A stretch of DNA of 64,000 nucleotides from Kiritimatiellia bacterium (GTDB lineage Bacteria; Verrucomicrobiota; Kiritimatiellia; RFP12; UBA1067). Positions 8,989-19,326 of this stretch are shown here, in pieces (position 1 is the stretch's first letter; each line of letters opens with the position of its first letter). The notes beneath the pieces are model-generated. The model made no database searches. It was not told where the DNA came from and was given only the letters and a program-made list of their open reading frames with translations. Both the position numbers and the translations under genes were made by a program. The stretch lies in NCBI GenBank assembly GCA_050949565.1, contig JBMNFY010000011.1:70334-134333 (forward strand), written 5' to 3'.

Positions 8989-11559
8989 TCAATTCGCCAC
9001 GATGTTAATCAAGCGGTTGGGGACGCAGATGACCTTACGGATCGTCTTGCCGTCCAAGGCTTCGCGCACCGCATCCTGCTCCAGCGCGAGCCGCTGCATC
9101 GTCTCCTCGTCGGCCGACGACGGCATCATGACGCGCGCCTTGGGCTTGCCCAGCACCTGCACGAGGATCTCCACCTCGTCCACCTTGAGATACTCTTCGT
9201 CGTACTCAGGCCAGGGCTCGTAGGCGAGCGTCTTATCGTGCCCCAGACGCTCCCAAAGCTCTTCGCCCAGATGCGGCGCGAACGGGGACAGCAGCAGCAC
9301 GAAGGTCTCCGCCGCCTCGCGCGGCAGCGGCTTGGCGTTGCCGGAGAAGCCATTGACGAAGATCATCATCTGGCTGATGGCCGTATTGAAACTCATTGCA
9401 TCGAGATCGTCCGTCACCTTTTTGATGGTGGCGTGCAGCAGACGGCGCTGCTCCGCGTCCAACGGGTCATCCGTGATCGGCTGTTCCACAACCATACGGA
9501 AGGCACGCTTGAGAAAACGGAACACGCCCTCCACACCTTTGGTATTCCAAGGCTTGACCGCCTCCAGCGGCCCCATGAACATCTCGTACAGGCGCATGCT
9601 GTCCGCGCCGTACTCGCGGATGACATCGTCGGGATTGACCACATTCTTCAGCGACTTGGACATCTTGGCCGGGAACTCGACGAGCTTCTCGCCGGTCTCG
9701 GTGTGGAAAGCGCCTTCGGTGCGCTGTTCCACCTTCTCCATCGGCACCAGCGCACCGCGCGCGTCCTTGTAGGAGAGACCCAGAATCATGCCTTGGTTCA
9801 CGAGCTTCTGGAACGGCTCAGGGGTTGACACATAGCCCAGATCAAACAGCACCTTGTGCCAGAAGCGGGAATAGAGCAGATGCAGTACCGCGTGTTCCGC
9901 GCCGCCGACGTACAAGTCCACCGGCATCCAATACTTTTCTTTGGCCGTATCGAACGCGGCACGCTCGTTGCGCGGATCGATGTAGCGCAGATAGTACCAG
10001 CAGGAGCCCGCCCACTGCGGCATCGTGTTGGTCTCGCGACGCCCCTTCGCCCCAGTGACCGGATCGGTGTAATCAAGCCATGCGCCCGCCTTTGCGAGCG
10101 GCGGCTCGCCGGTGCCGGTGGGCTTGTAGTCCTCCAACTCGGGCAGGAGCAGCGGCAGATCGTTATCATCCACCAGACGGATGGAGCCGTCCTCCATGTG
10201 AATCACCGGGAAAGGCTCACCCCAGTAGCGCTGCCGACTGAAGAGCCAGTCGCGCAGCTTGTACTTCACCGCGGCCTTGCCGACCCCGCGCGCGGCCAGC
10301 CACTCGGTGGTCACGCGCATGGAATCAGCGACAGCCATGCCGTTGATATCGAGCCCCTCGCTATTCGCCGAGCCGATCATGCGGCCATTGCCGGTCCAGC
10401 AGGCGCGGCCGGCCAGCACGTCATCCACAGATACGCCTTCAGCCGCCGCCTCGTCCGCGTCGGGCTCGATGATGCAGACGATCGGCAACTTGAATGTCTG
10501 GGCGAACTCAAAGTCACGCGTGTCATGCGCCGGCACGGCCATGATCGCGCCCGTGCCGTAACTGATCAGCACGTAGTCGGCGATCCAGATGGGAATCTCT
10601 CCGCCGGTCACGGGATTGACCGCGTACGCGCCGGTGAAGACTCCGGTCTTCTCGGTGTTCAGCTCGGTGCGATCCATGTCGCTCTTACGCGCGGCCTCCT
10701 CGCGGTAGCGGTCAACGTCGGTCCGCTGCGCGTCGGTCGTAATGCGCGTCACCAGCGGATGCTCGGGAGCCAGCACCATGTAGGTCGCACCGAACAGGGT
10801 GTCGGGACGCGTGGTGTACACTGTGACCTTTTCGTCGCATCCCGCGATTGTGAAATCGACCTCCGCGCCCTCCGACTTACCGATCCAATTGCGCTGCATC
10901 TCTTTGATGCCTTCCGGCCAGTCCAGTCCGTCCAGATCCGCCAGCAGGCGCTCGGCATACTCTGTGATGCGCAGCATCCATTGACGCATCGGCCTGCGGA
11001 TCACCGGATGGTTGCCGCGTTCGCTGCGTCCGTCGATCACCTCTTCGTTGGCGAGCACCGTACCGAGTGCGGGGCACCAGTTCACCGGCACCTCGGCCAT
11101 GTAGGCGAGGCCCTTCTTGTAAAGCTGCGTAAAAATCCACTGCGTCCACTTGTAGTAGCCGGGATCGGTGGTGTTCACCTCGCGATCCCAATCGTAACTG
11201 AATCCCAGCGCTTTGATCTGCTGGCGGAAACGATTAATATTGCGTTCGGTCGTGATCGCGGGATGCGTACCGGTCTCGACCGCATACTGCTCAGCCGGCA
11301 GACCGAATGCGTCCCAGCCCATCGGATGCAGCACGTTGAAACCGCGCATGCGCTTGTACCGGCAAAGGATGTCCGTCGCCGTATAGCCTTCGGGATGGCC
11401 GACGTGCAATCCTGAGCCGCTCGGATACGGAAACATATCGAGGCAATAGAACTTCGGCTTGCCCGCTTCAAAGTCATTCACCTTGAAGGTTTTGTTCGTC
11501 TCCCAATACGTCTGCCATTTTTTTTCAATCGCGGTGAAATCATACTCGTTCGTCGTCAT
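8989..11559 (-). CDS. leuS: Leucine--tRNA ligase
   Basis: [14 protein letters not shown] and KMSKS motifs, TTRPDT editing domain. Confidence 0.97.
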   Translation of the reverse strand: MTTNEYDFTAIEKKWQTYWETNKTFKVNDFEAGKPKFYCLDMFPYPSGSGLHVGHPEGYTATDILCRYKRMRGFNVLHPMGWDAFGLPAEQYAVETGTHPAITTERNINRFRQQIKALGFSYDWDREVNTTDPGYYKWTQWIFTQLYKKGLAYMAEVPVNWCPALGTVLANEEVIDGRSERGNHPVIRRPMRQWMLRITEYAERLLADLDGLDWPEGIKEMQRNWIGKSEGAEVDFTIAGCDEKVTVYTTRPDTLFGATYMVLAPEHPLVTRITTDAQRTDVDRYREEAARKSDMDRTELNTEKTGVFTGAYAVNPVTGGEIPIWIADYVLISYGTGAIMAVPAHDTRDFEFAQTFKLPIVCIIEPDADEAAAEGVSVDDVLAGRACWTGNGRMIGSANSEGLDINGMAVADSMRVTTEWLAARGVGKAAVKYKLRDWLFSRQRYWGEPFPVIHMEDGSIRLVDDNDLPLLLPELEDYKPTGTGEPPLAKAGAWLDYTDPVTGAKGRRETNTMPQWAGSCWYYLRYIDPRNERAAFDTAKEKYWMPVDLYVGGAEHAVLHLLYSRFWHKVLFDLGYVSTPEPFQKLVNQGMILGLSYKDARGALVPMEKVEQRTEGAFHTETGEKLVEFPAKMSKSLKNVVNPDDVIREYGADSMRLYEMFMGPLEAVKPWNTKGVEGVFRFLKRAFRMVVEQPITDDPLDAEQRRLLHATIKKVTDDLDAMSFNTAISQMMIFVNGFSGNAKPLPREAAETFVLLLSPFAPHLGEELWERLGHDKTLAYEPWPEYDEEYLKVDEVEILVQVLGKPKARVMMPSSADEETMQRLALEQDAVREALDGKTIRKVICVPNRLINIVAN

Positions 11560-11628
11560 AACCGATTCCCATGGGTTAAAGAAAGTGGCATTGTAGCACG
11601 CAGCCCGCGAAACATCCACACCGAGAGA

Positions 11629-11925
11629 TGTTAGTTCATTAGTTCATTAGCGTTAGTGCATTAGTTTGGTCATCGGGATCGGGATCGCTATCGGGATCGG
11701 GATCGCCGCCAGTCAACCTCTCTTTATTGCGGCCACCCAGTGGCTCGCAATGATGAGTGTAAAAACGGACGGGAGGATGGGCACCGGGCGCGCGCAGGAT
11801 ATGCAATGAGGGGTACAAAACTCCTAACTCCTAAATCCTAAATCCCAACTCCTAAATCCGCGCGTAGCGCGGCTGCGCGGCGCAAGGTTTTAACCTCATC
11901 TTTGTGACCACTGGGTGGTCACAAA
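11629..11925. repeat. Repeat mosaic: TTAGT(T/G)CA heptamers, ATCGGG hexamers, two GACCAC-GTGGTC hairpins enclosing a CTCCTAA heptamer array
   Basis: Read directly; counterparts at 39170-39190, 39326-39353 and (inverted) 39965-40076. Confidence 0.9.
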
Positions 11926-12015
11926 AAGTGGGCGGATTGACTGACGCCGCGCGGAATTGGTACCCTGAACCAAACTCCAATTGTGAGCCCACCCCGTAAA
12001 CAGCAGGTGTCCGGT

Positions 12016-14004
12016 ATGATGATCCATGTTCTCCGCGCAAAGAATCGCGTCCCGCTGTGCGTCGCATTTGTCGCTTTGGCACTGACCGCCGCATCTCAGT
12101 CCATCTACGAAAGCGTATGCGGGGAAGCGCGTCACATTTCGCGTACTTCTCTGGCGGTCGCCGCGCCGCGCGAGGTTTGGGAGGCCACGCTAAAGCAACG
12201 CAGATCGATGTGGCACGAGATGCTGGGGCTGTCGCCCATGCCCGAGCGCGGCCCCCTGAAGGCGACCGTGACAGGGGTACTCGATCGCGGCGACTATGTG
12301 GTCGAGAAGATTCATTTCCAGAGTCTTCCCGGTGCCTACGTGATAGGCAACCTCTACCGTCCGGCGAAGGTGACCGGACGCCTGCCCGCAGTCTTGTACC
12401 TGTGCGGGCACTCCAAAGGGAAGGTCAATCCGCCATATCAGGCTAACCCGCGTTGGTTCGGCCAGCACGGATACGTGGCGCTTGTGCTGGATCCCATACA
12501 GCTTGGAGAGTCGCAAGGATTTCATCACGGCACCTACAGCGAAAAACGCTGGGATTGGCCCAGCCGGGGCTACACGCCTTTGGGCACGGAGGTGTGGAAT
12601 GCCATGCGCGCGCTCGACTACTTGGAGACCCGGCCTGACGTTGACGCTGGTCGCATGGGTGTGACCGGCCTCAGCGGCGGCGGCGTTGTTTCATGGTGCC
12701 TCGGGGCGGCGGACGAACGGGTCAAGGTTGTGGTGCCGGTGTGCCAGAGCGGCAGTATCGAAGACGTGGCGATAGACCGCTCCGCCGACGGTCACTGCGA
12801 CTGTGCGTTCTGGATCAACTATTACCGCTGGTGCTGGCCTGACATCGGTTCGCTGATAGCGCCACGCGCCTTGTTGATCGCCTCCGGCACGGAGGACATC
12901 TTGTGGCGTCCGTCAGGTTTCCGTGATGTGGCGCACCGCATCCGCGGCCAGTACATAGCACTGGACGCTACGGGACACTTTGATCTGGTCGAAGACGTCG
13001 CGCCGCACGGTTATACGCCAAAGTTGCGTAAGGCCATTTTTACGTGGTTCAACAGGCACCTGAAGGGCGACCCCACGCCGGTCGAGGATGACGTGACCGA
13101 GTTCGTCGAGCCGGAGGAGAACCTGCTGGTGTTCGGCGGCAAGTTGCCCGCGGACGACCTCACGCGGACGATCGACACCGTGCTGGTCCAACATGGCGCG
13201 CAGCCTGAAGTCACGACTGCGGCGGAGTGGCAGGCGCACCAGCGGGACGCGCTCGAACGGTTGCGCGCGTCAACATTCCGTAACATTCCGGCTGACCACG
13301 CGCCGCGCGGACGTAACGTCCGCCAAGATGGCAGCACGAAAAACGGAGAGTTTTTCATCACCCGCGAGTTCGCGTCATGCGACGGACTCAACCTGCGCGT
13401 GAAGATCATGCGGCGCGCCGGTGCGCCGCAGCCTGTGCCGACGGTGGCGTACGCCATTCAGCCTGCGGCGAAAAGCACGTTTTCCGGTGGCGGCTCTTCG
13501 CGTCCGGCCATCGCCGCACCACTGACGACCGCCGGCGTCGAGGTTCGCAATACGGGTTTCACTTCGGTCGGTCCGGGGTACCTGTGGACGTTACGGCGGA
13601 CCTACCCGCTCTTGGGGCAGACGCTGCCTGAACGGCAGGTGTGCGACCTGCTGGCTGGCATCGCGCTGTTGCGACGGGACACCCCCACCGGCCCGGTGGC
13701 CTTGTACGGGCAGGGACACACGGCGGTGCTGGCGGTTTATGCGGCCTTGCTCGATCCAGAGGTCAGCGAGGTCATCCTCGCTGGCTTGCCCGAGAGCCAC
13801 ACCGACCCCAATACGCCTGAATTTCTGGGCGTTCTGCGCGTCGGCGATCTGCCGCACAACCTCGCGTTGCTGTGGCCGCGCCCCATCACGTTCATAGGCA
13901 CCGTACCGCCAGCTTACGCATACACGCGGCAGGTCTACGAAAAACTAGGCACCGCCGACCGCTTCCGAGTGATCGACAGTGCGAAAGCATGGCGTCCGCT
14001 GTAG
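12016..14004 (+). CDS. Secreted alpha/beta hydrolase (acetylxylan esterase/dienelactone hydrolase-like, two domains)
   Basis: Signal peptide, PAVLYLCGH, nucleophile elbow GLSGGG, GHCDC. Confidence 0.8.
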   Translation: MMIHVLRAKNRVPLCVAFVALALTAASQSIYESVCGEARHISRTSLAVAAPREVWEATLKQRRSMWHEMLGLSPMPERGPLKATVTGVLDRGDYVVEKIHFQSLPGAYVIGNLYRPAKVTGRLPAVLYLCGHSKGKVNPPYQANPRWFGQHGYVALVLDPIQLGESQGFHHGTYSEKRWDWPSRGYTPLGTEVWNAMRALDYLETRPDVDAGRMGVTGLSGGGVVSWCLGAADERVKVVVPVCQSGSIEDVAIDRSADGHCDCAFWINYYRWCWPDIGSLIAPRALLIASGTEDILWRPSGFRDVAHRIRGQYIALDATGHFDLVEDVAPHGYTPKLRKAIFTWFNRHLKGDPTPVEDDVTEFVEPEENLLVFGGKLPADDLTRTIDTVLVQHGAQPEVTTAAEWQAHQRDALERLRASTFRNIPADHAPRGRNVRQDGSTKNGEFFITREFASCDGLNLRVKIMRRAGAPQPVPTVAYAIQPAAKSTFSGGGSSRPAIAAPLTTAGVEVRNTGFTSVGPGYLWTLRRTYPLLGQTLPERQVCDLLAGIALLRRDTPTGPVALYGQGHTAVLAVYAALLDPEVSEVILAGLPESHTDPNTPEFLGVLRVGDLPHNLALLWPRPITFIGTVPPAYAYTRQVYEKLGTADRFRVIDSAKAWRPL

Positions 14005-14083
14005 GTCAGGCTTGAGCGGTTGGAGTTGATCGTTTTTGCGAAGCGCCGAAAGGGACAAGCGTCTGCTTGACCGGTGGCAATGC

Positions 14084-14121
14084 AAAAAAGTACGGCGGGA
14101 CGTCCTGTCCCGCCGTACTTT
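14084..14121 (-). terminator. Intrinsic terminator (possibly bidirectional) between convergent genes
   Basis: 15-bp stem AAAGTACGGCGGGAC/GTCCCGCCGTACTTT with a T-run on the minus strand, downstream of pckG. Confidence 0.6.
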
Positions 14122-14143
14122 ACCACTCCGTGACGAAACACAG

Positions 14144-14192
14144 AGCAGAGCTTTTACACTCGTCATTGCGATCCACTGAGTGGTCGCAATAA
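14144..14192. repeat. GAGCAG..TTTTACACTC + ATTGCGA-CCACTGAGTGGTCGCAAT hairpin module
   Basis: Near-identical to 33501-33549; hairpin also at 40049 and (inverted) 11724. Confidence 0.85.
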
Positions 14193-14195
14193 GGC

Positions 14196-16103
14196 TTACT
14201 TCTCCAGCGCGGCTTTGATCTCGGCCAGCTTCGCCTTGAGCGCGTACGGCATGCGACTGCCGAACGGCTCGTACGATTTAGCGACAGCCTCGATCTCCTT
14301 CTTCCAGCCTTCGACGTCCACGGAGAGCAACTCCTTCATCGTCTTCTTCATCTCGGACGCACTACGCTGCGGATCGACATACCCGGTCATATCGATCGCG
14401 TCGGGCGTCGGCAGGAAGCCGATGGGCGTCTCCACCGCCTTGCCCTTGCCTTCGATGCGCTCGCAGACCCACTTCAAGACACGGATGTTGTCGCCAAAGC
14501 CGTTCCACATGAAGCCCTTTTCGTCCTTGCGGAACCAGTTCGTGAAGAACACCTTGGGCAGCTTGTTCACATCCGTGCGCAACGGCATGGTCAGCCAATG
14601 CAGCATGTAGTCGGCCGCATTGTAGCCGAAGAACGGCAGCATCGCCATCGGGTCACGGCGCACCACGCCGACCTCAGCGAGGTTAGCGGCGGTGGTTTCG
14701 GAGCCGGCGGCGGAACCCATGAACACCGCATGCGTCCAGTCCTTGGCCTGGTTCACCAGCGGGATCACAGTCGGACGGCGACCGCCAAACAGGAAGGCGG
14801 AAACCGGTACGCCGTTGGGGTCTTCCCACTCGTCGGCGATTACCGGGCACTGCGCGGCAGGCGCGGTGAAACGGGCGTTCGGATGCGCGGCCTTGACCTT
14901 CTTGCCATCTTTGTCGACCGTATCAGGCGTCCAATCGTTGCCCTGCCAGTCGATCGCGTGCGCCGGTGCCGGCACGCCCATGCCCTCCCACCAGATGTCG
15001 CCATCGTCGGTGAGCGCGCAGTTCGTGAAGATCGTGTTTTTCGTGATCGTGCGCATGGCGTTGGGGTTGCTGTCCATCGAGGTTCCCGGCGCCACACCGA
15101 AGAAACCGCTTTCGGGGTTGATCGCATACAGACGGCCATCCGCGCCGATCTTCATCCACGCGATATCGTCGCCGATCGTCTCGATCTTCCAGCCCGGGAG
15201 ACGCGGCTCCATCATGGCGAGGTTGGTCTTGCCGCACGCGCTCGGGAAAGCCGCCGTGATGTAATTCACCTTGCCCTCCGGCGAGGTGAGCTTCAGGATC
15301 AGCATGTGCTCGGCCAGCCAGCCCTCCTTGCGGGCGAGGCTGGAGGCGATACGCAGCGCCAGGCACTTCTTGCCGAGCAGGGCGTTGCCGCCGTAACCCG
15401 AACCGAACGACCAGATCTCGCTCGTCTCGGGGAAGTGCGAGATGTACTTCTTCTCAAGCGGGGCGCACGGCCAGGGCACATCCTTCTGCCTCGGCTTCAG
15501 CGGCGCGCCGACCGAGTGCAGGCACTTGATAAACTCGCCGTCCTTGCCCAACTGCTTCAGCACCTTCGTGCCGACGCGGGTCATGATGATCATGTTGACC
15601 ACAACGTAAGGCGAATCGGTCAGTTCGACGCCGATCTTGGAGATGGGAGAGCCGATCGGCCCCATCGAGAAGGGGATCACATACAGTGTGCGGCCTTTCA
15701 TGCACCCCTTATAGAGACCGGTCATCGTCGCCTTCAACTCAGCCGGGGCGACCCAGTTGTTCGTCGGGCCGGCGTCCTCCTGCTTCGTGGTCGAAATGTA
15801 CGTGCGGTTTTCGACGCGCGCCACGTCCGACCAGTGCGAGCGAGCCAGATAGCATCCGGGACGCTTCTTGGGGTTGAGCTTGATAAACGCGCCGCTCTCG
15901 ACCATGCTTTCGCAAATCGCGGTGTATTCCTTCTTGGTACCGTTACACCAGTAGACATCCTTTGCCTGGGTCAGCTTGGCAAAATCATTCACCCACTTGA
16001 TCAGCTCTTCGTGCTGGGTGGGATACTTGGCGGCGGATGCCTTGGCGGCTTTTGTCTTTGCAGTCGTTTTACACGCGCGTTTTGCAGTCTTCTTACAGGA
16101 CAT
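14196..16103 (-). CDS. pckG: Phosphoenolpyruvate carboxykinase (GTP)
   Basis: [25 protein letters not shown] motifs; start after GGAG RBS. Confidence 0.96.
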   Translation of the reverse strand: MSCKKTAKRACKTTAKTKAAKASAAKYPTQHEELIKWVNDFAKLTQAKDVYWCNGTKKEYTAICESMVESGAFIKLNPKKRPGCYLARSHWSDVARVENRTYISTTKQEDAGPTNNWVAPAELKATMTGLYKGCMKGRTLYVIPFSMGPIGSPISKIGVELTDSPYVVVNMIIMTRVGTKVLKQLGKDGEFIKCLHSVGAPLKPRQKDVPWPCAPLEKKYISHFPETSEIWSFGSGYGGNALLGKKCLALRIASSLARKEGWLAEHMLILKLTSPEGKVNYITAAFPSACGKTNLAMMEPRLPGWKIETIGDDIAWMKIGADGRLYAINPESGFFGVAPGTSMDSNPNAMRTITKNTIFTNCALTDDGDIWWEGMGVPAPAHAIDWQGNDWTPDTVDKDGKKVKAAHPNARFTAPAAQCPVIADEWEDPNGVPVSAFLFGGRRPTVIPLVNQAKDWTHAVFMGSAAGSETTAANLAEVGVVRRDPMAMLPFFGYNAADYMLHWLTMPLRTDVNKLPKVFFTNWFRKDEKGFMWNGFGDNIRVLKWVCERIEGKGKAVETPIGFLPTPDAIDMTGYVDPQRSASEMKKTMKELLSVDVEGWKKEIEAVAKSYEPFGSRMPYALKAKLAEIKAALEK

Positions 16104-16386
16104 TTTGGTGATCTCCATGCTTGGTCTTTTTGTCACTCTAGCGGCCCGCCCAAGCTCCGGGCATGAGCAGCGGTAAAGTTGGCGCAACATGGTACAAATC
16201 ATTCCCCCCACCGACAAGTGAAATTTTTTTCGACCGCGCTGCCCCTAGGGTTCGATTACGCCACTCACCATTAACTAACTTTACACTGCCGTGCATGCTC
16301 CCTTATGATGAGTGGTCGAACATCAAGAACGATAAGGGCAATCGGGTGGTGACAGGGGACGGTTAATCTCGTACAGTTGGTCCTCG

Positions 16387-16529
16387 CACTTCGTCGGTTA
16401 CACCTCGTCGTTTTGTACTTCGGCGCGTACACTTAGTTTCTGCCGAATTGACGACTAAGTGTTTTCGACTAAGTGTGTAAGACTAAGTGTGTAGGACTAA
16501 GTGTGTAGGACTAAGTGTGTAGGACTAAG
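16387..16529. repeat. Inverted pair of 14-bp-period arrays: 4x CACTT(C/A)GTCG-like then 6x GACTAAGTGT
   Basis: GACTAAG at 16453, 16467, 16481, 16495, 16509, 16523; same architecture at 31781-31924 and 49448-50507. Confidence 0.92.
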
Positions 16530-16543
16530 GGAGAACGGGCCGC

Positions 16544-18301
16544 ATGGCATGTAAAGGCAGGGAGAGGCGGGATCGGACGTTGCGGCAGTGTGCTCGCGGC
16601 GTGGGTCTGGTGGCCTTGGTTTTCAGTTTGACGGTCGCCTCCCTACTGGCTGTCGACGCCGCGCGTGTCGGTCCCGCTGAAACGGTTCGCTCTGAAGTGC
16701 TGACGCAGGCGCTGGCCCAAAGTCGTAGCGAATCCGCTACAACGCAGACCGTGGCCTTTGCCCGCGAGATGGACCGTCTGGCGCGCCGTGCCTATTTCAA
16801 CAGTTTCTCATTCCGCCAGCAGGGCATGGCACTGATGGTACTGGGCCTGCTGATCACCGCCGGCTGTTTCGGGGTGGCGTACCGGCTGAGTCTGCGCATC
16901 CCCGATCCGCGCACCATCGACGGCAATGATCCCGCACGCGCCGATCGCTGGGCGGTGAATGCGGTGCTAGCGGCCGGCGCGTTGCTGTTGGTCGGCGCGA
17001 CTATCCTGCAAGTCCGTCAGCGGCACGCTGACTCCGTAGCCGACAGGGCGCTGCGCGCCAGCCTCGTCAATCCAGCGTTGAAGCCCGGCGAGACGCATGT
17101 CTGCCCATGCCGTCGCGGCACCTCGGCCGCCGATCTTGCCGCGCAGTGGCCGTTCCTGCGTGGACCTGAGATGTCGGGACGCACCACACTCACCAACCTG
17201 CCGCTCGCATGGGACGGGACAACCGACAAGAACATCCGCTGGAAAAGCAAACTGCCGCGCGGAGGATCCAGCACACCGGCGGTCTGGGGCCAGCGGCTCT
17301 TTCTGACGGCAGGCGATGAGCAGACGCGCAGTGTCATGGCGTATGATACCGCAACCGGCGAGTTGCTCTGGTCCACCGACATCCCGGACGGTGCGAAGGG
17401 GGGCGAGCCGTTACCGGAGACCAGTGACGATACCGGATTTGCCGCCTCCTCGCCAGCCTGCGACGAATCGCACGTCTATGCCATTTTCGCCAGTGGCGAC
17501 TTAGCCGCTCTCGATCATGACGGCAAGATCGTCTGGCAACTCTATTTGGGGCGTCCCCATAACACTTATGGACACGCTTCGTCGCTCGTCTACTGTGGCG
17601 AGATGCTGATCGTGCAGTGGGATCAAGAGGAGCACAGCCGCATTCTGGCACTCGATAAGACCTGCGGACGCACGCTCTGGGAGACCCCGCGCACGGCCGG
17701 CATGTCTTGGAGCACGCCGCTGATCATGCCGCTGTGTGACGGCTACGTACTGTTGGTGCATGCCAGCGGCAAGACGTGTGGCATGGAGTTGGCGACCGGC
17801 AAGAAACTCTGGGAGGTCGAAGCCGTTACTGGAGAGATCGCTCCGTCGCTGACATGGGAGAAGGATATCTGGTTGGCCGCAAACTGCTACTCACGCATGG
17901 TGGCGTACCGGATGCCGCAAGAGGGTGCACCGGAGATGCTCTGGGAGTGGGATGAAGGCAATCTGCCGGATGTCGCCAGCCCGGTGATCGCAGACGGACT
18001 CGTCTTTCTGGCTACTGACGCCGGCGAAGTCCTCTGCCATGACTTGGCTGACGGCAAGCAACTGTGGTACAAGGAGTTTGAGGACGGCTACTATGCCTCG
18101 CCTGTCGCTGCCGAGGGCCGGGTCTACATCGTGGATCGCAAGAAGGGGCTGTTCCGCGTCTATGCCGTCGCACGTGAGGCCAAGGAGTTGTCCGTCAACC
18201 CGATGGGCGAGGCGGTCTGCGCCACGCCGGCCTTTGCCAATGGGCAGATCTTCGTGCGCGGCCACAGCCACCTCTGGTGTATCGGTGCGGGCGCGCCGTG
18301 A
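16544..18301 (+). CDS. Membrane-anchored PQQ-like beta-propeller protein
   Basis: N-terminal hydrophobic helices, WPFLRGP, repeated (A/L)xDxxTGxxxW blades. Confidence 0.85.
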   Translation: MACKGRERRDRTLRQCARGVGLVALVFSLTVASLLAVDAARVGPAETVRSEVLTQALAQSRSESATTQTVAFAREMDRLARRAYFNSFSFRQQGMALMVLGLLITAGCFGVAYRLSLRIPDPRTIDGNDPARADRWAVNAVLAAGALLLVGATILQVRQRHADSVADRALRASLVNPALKPGETHVCPCRRGTSAADLAAQWPFLRGPEMSGRTTLTNLPLAWDGTTDKNIRWKSKLPRGGSSTPAVWGQRLFLTAGDEQTRSVMAYDTATGELLWSTDIPDGAKGGEPLPETSDDTGFAASSPACDESHVYAIFASGDLAALDHDGKIVWQLYLGRPHNTYGHASSLVYCGEMLIVQWDQEEHSRILALDKTCGRTLWETPRTAGMSWSTPLIMPLCDGYVLLVHASGKTCGMELATGKKLWEVEAVTGEIAPSLTWEKDIWLAANCYSRMVAYRMPQEGAPEMLWEWDEGNLPDVASPVIADGLVFLATDAGEVLCHDLADGKQLWYKEFEDGYYASPVAAEGRVYIVDRKKGLFRVYAVAREAKELSVNPMGEAVCATPAFANGQIFVRGHSHLWCIGAGAP

Positions 18302-18349
18302 CCACCGCGCCGTTTTTATTTCACAGCTTTTTCAGAACAGGTCGTCAAT

Positions 18350-19132
18350 ATGCGTGAGTGCTTGGATGTTTTTTTGCTGGCGGTGCTTCAGGGCATCACC
18401 GAGTTCCTGCCGATCAGTAGTTCTGGGCACTTAGTTCTCGCCCAGAATCTGCTCAAGACCAACACGCCGGGCGTGCGGCTGGAGATTGTGCTGCACCTCG
18501 GCACCATGATCTCCATCATAGCCTTCTATCGCAAGCCGCTGTGGGCGTTGACTTGCGGTGTGTTTAAGGGGCAGCGTGCGAGTTGGGCCGCGCTCGGCCG
18601 GATCATCCTCTCAGCGGTTCCAGCCGCCTTCTTCTACTTCCTGTGCCACGACAAGGTCCATGCCTTTTACGAAGACTCGCAGGCGGTCGGCGGCTTCCTG
18701 ATTTTCACCGGCGTCGTGCTACTCGCCCTGCGCTGGATGCGGAGCGGCAACGAATCGGTGAACGGTGCGCGCGCCTTGCTGACCGGTCTTGCGCAGGCAC
18801 TGGCGGTACTACCCGGCATCAGCCGCTCCGGCATGACCATCGCAGCGGCCCGCATGGCTGGAGTCGCGCCGGGACTGGCGGCCGAGTTCTCGTTTCTCAT
18901 GAGCCTGCCGCTATTGGTCGGTGCCGCGTTGCTGGACATCCTCGGACTCACAACACAAAACGGAAGTGCCGACTCCCTGCCCGGCTGGCTTCTTTTCGCC
19001 GGTGCGGTCGTCTCAGCCGTAGTGGGCTACGCGGCACTGGCACTGCTGGTGCGCACCCTGCACAGCGGACGCTTCTGGCTTTTCGGCCCCTACTGCATCG
19101 CGGCGGGGAGCATCACCCTGATCGTGCTTTGA
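18350..19132 (+). CDS. uppP: Undecaprenyl-diphosphate phosphatase
   Basis: QGITEFLPISSSGHL and PGISRSG motifs. Confidence 0.95.
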   Translation: MRECLDVFLLAVLQGITEFLPISSSGHLVLAQNLLKTNTPGVRLEIVLHLGTMISIIAFYRKPLWALTCGVFKGQRASWAALGRIILSAVPAAFFYFLCHDKVHAFYEDSQAVGGFLIFTGVVLLALRWMRSGNESVNGARALLTGLAQALAVLPGISRSGMTIAAARMAGVAPGLAAEFSFLMSLPLLVGAALLDILGLTTQNGSADSLPGWLLFAGAVVSAVVGYAALALLVRTLHSGRFWLFGPYCIAAGSITLIVL

Positions 19133-19167
19133 GTGTGAACGCCGAACCACGAAAATGCCAAGTGGTA

Positions 19168-19286
19168 CGGCTCGTGGGGACAGTCGCCCACCAGTGCTTC
19201 GCGTCTTCGCGCCTTCGCGTGAAACACCCGAGCAGTGCTTTTACTCTCCCCCAAAAACCTCTGCGTCTCTGCGCCTCTGCGTTAAA
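19168..19286. repeat. Repeat mosaic: REP-like GGCTCGTGGGGACA.TCGCCC, CTTCGCG x3, CTCTGCG x3
   Basis: Same module order as 33448-33593. Confidence 0.9.
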
Positions 19287-19326
19287 CAAACCCGAGCAGC
19301 GCAAAACAAACTCATGCACTAATGAA

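Noticed and set aside
16280-16380. Riboswitch or sRNA between pckG and the PQQ gene (CCCTTAT...ATAAGGG pairing)
   Set aside because: Only a short stem and no recognisable family; it would need an Rfam/Infernal search.
16453-16529. CRISPR array
   Set aside because: 14-bp tandem units with no unique spacers and no cas genes; the same applies to 31857-31924.
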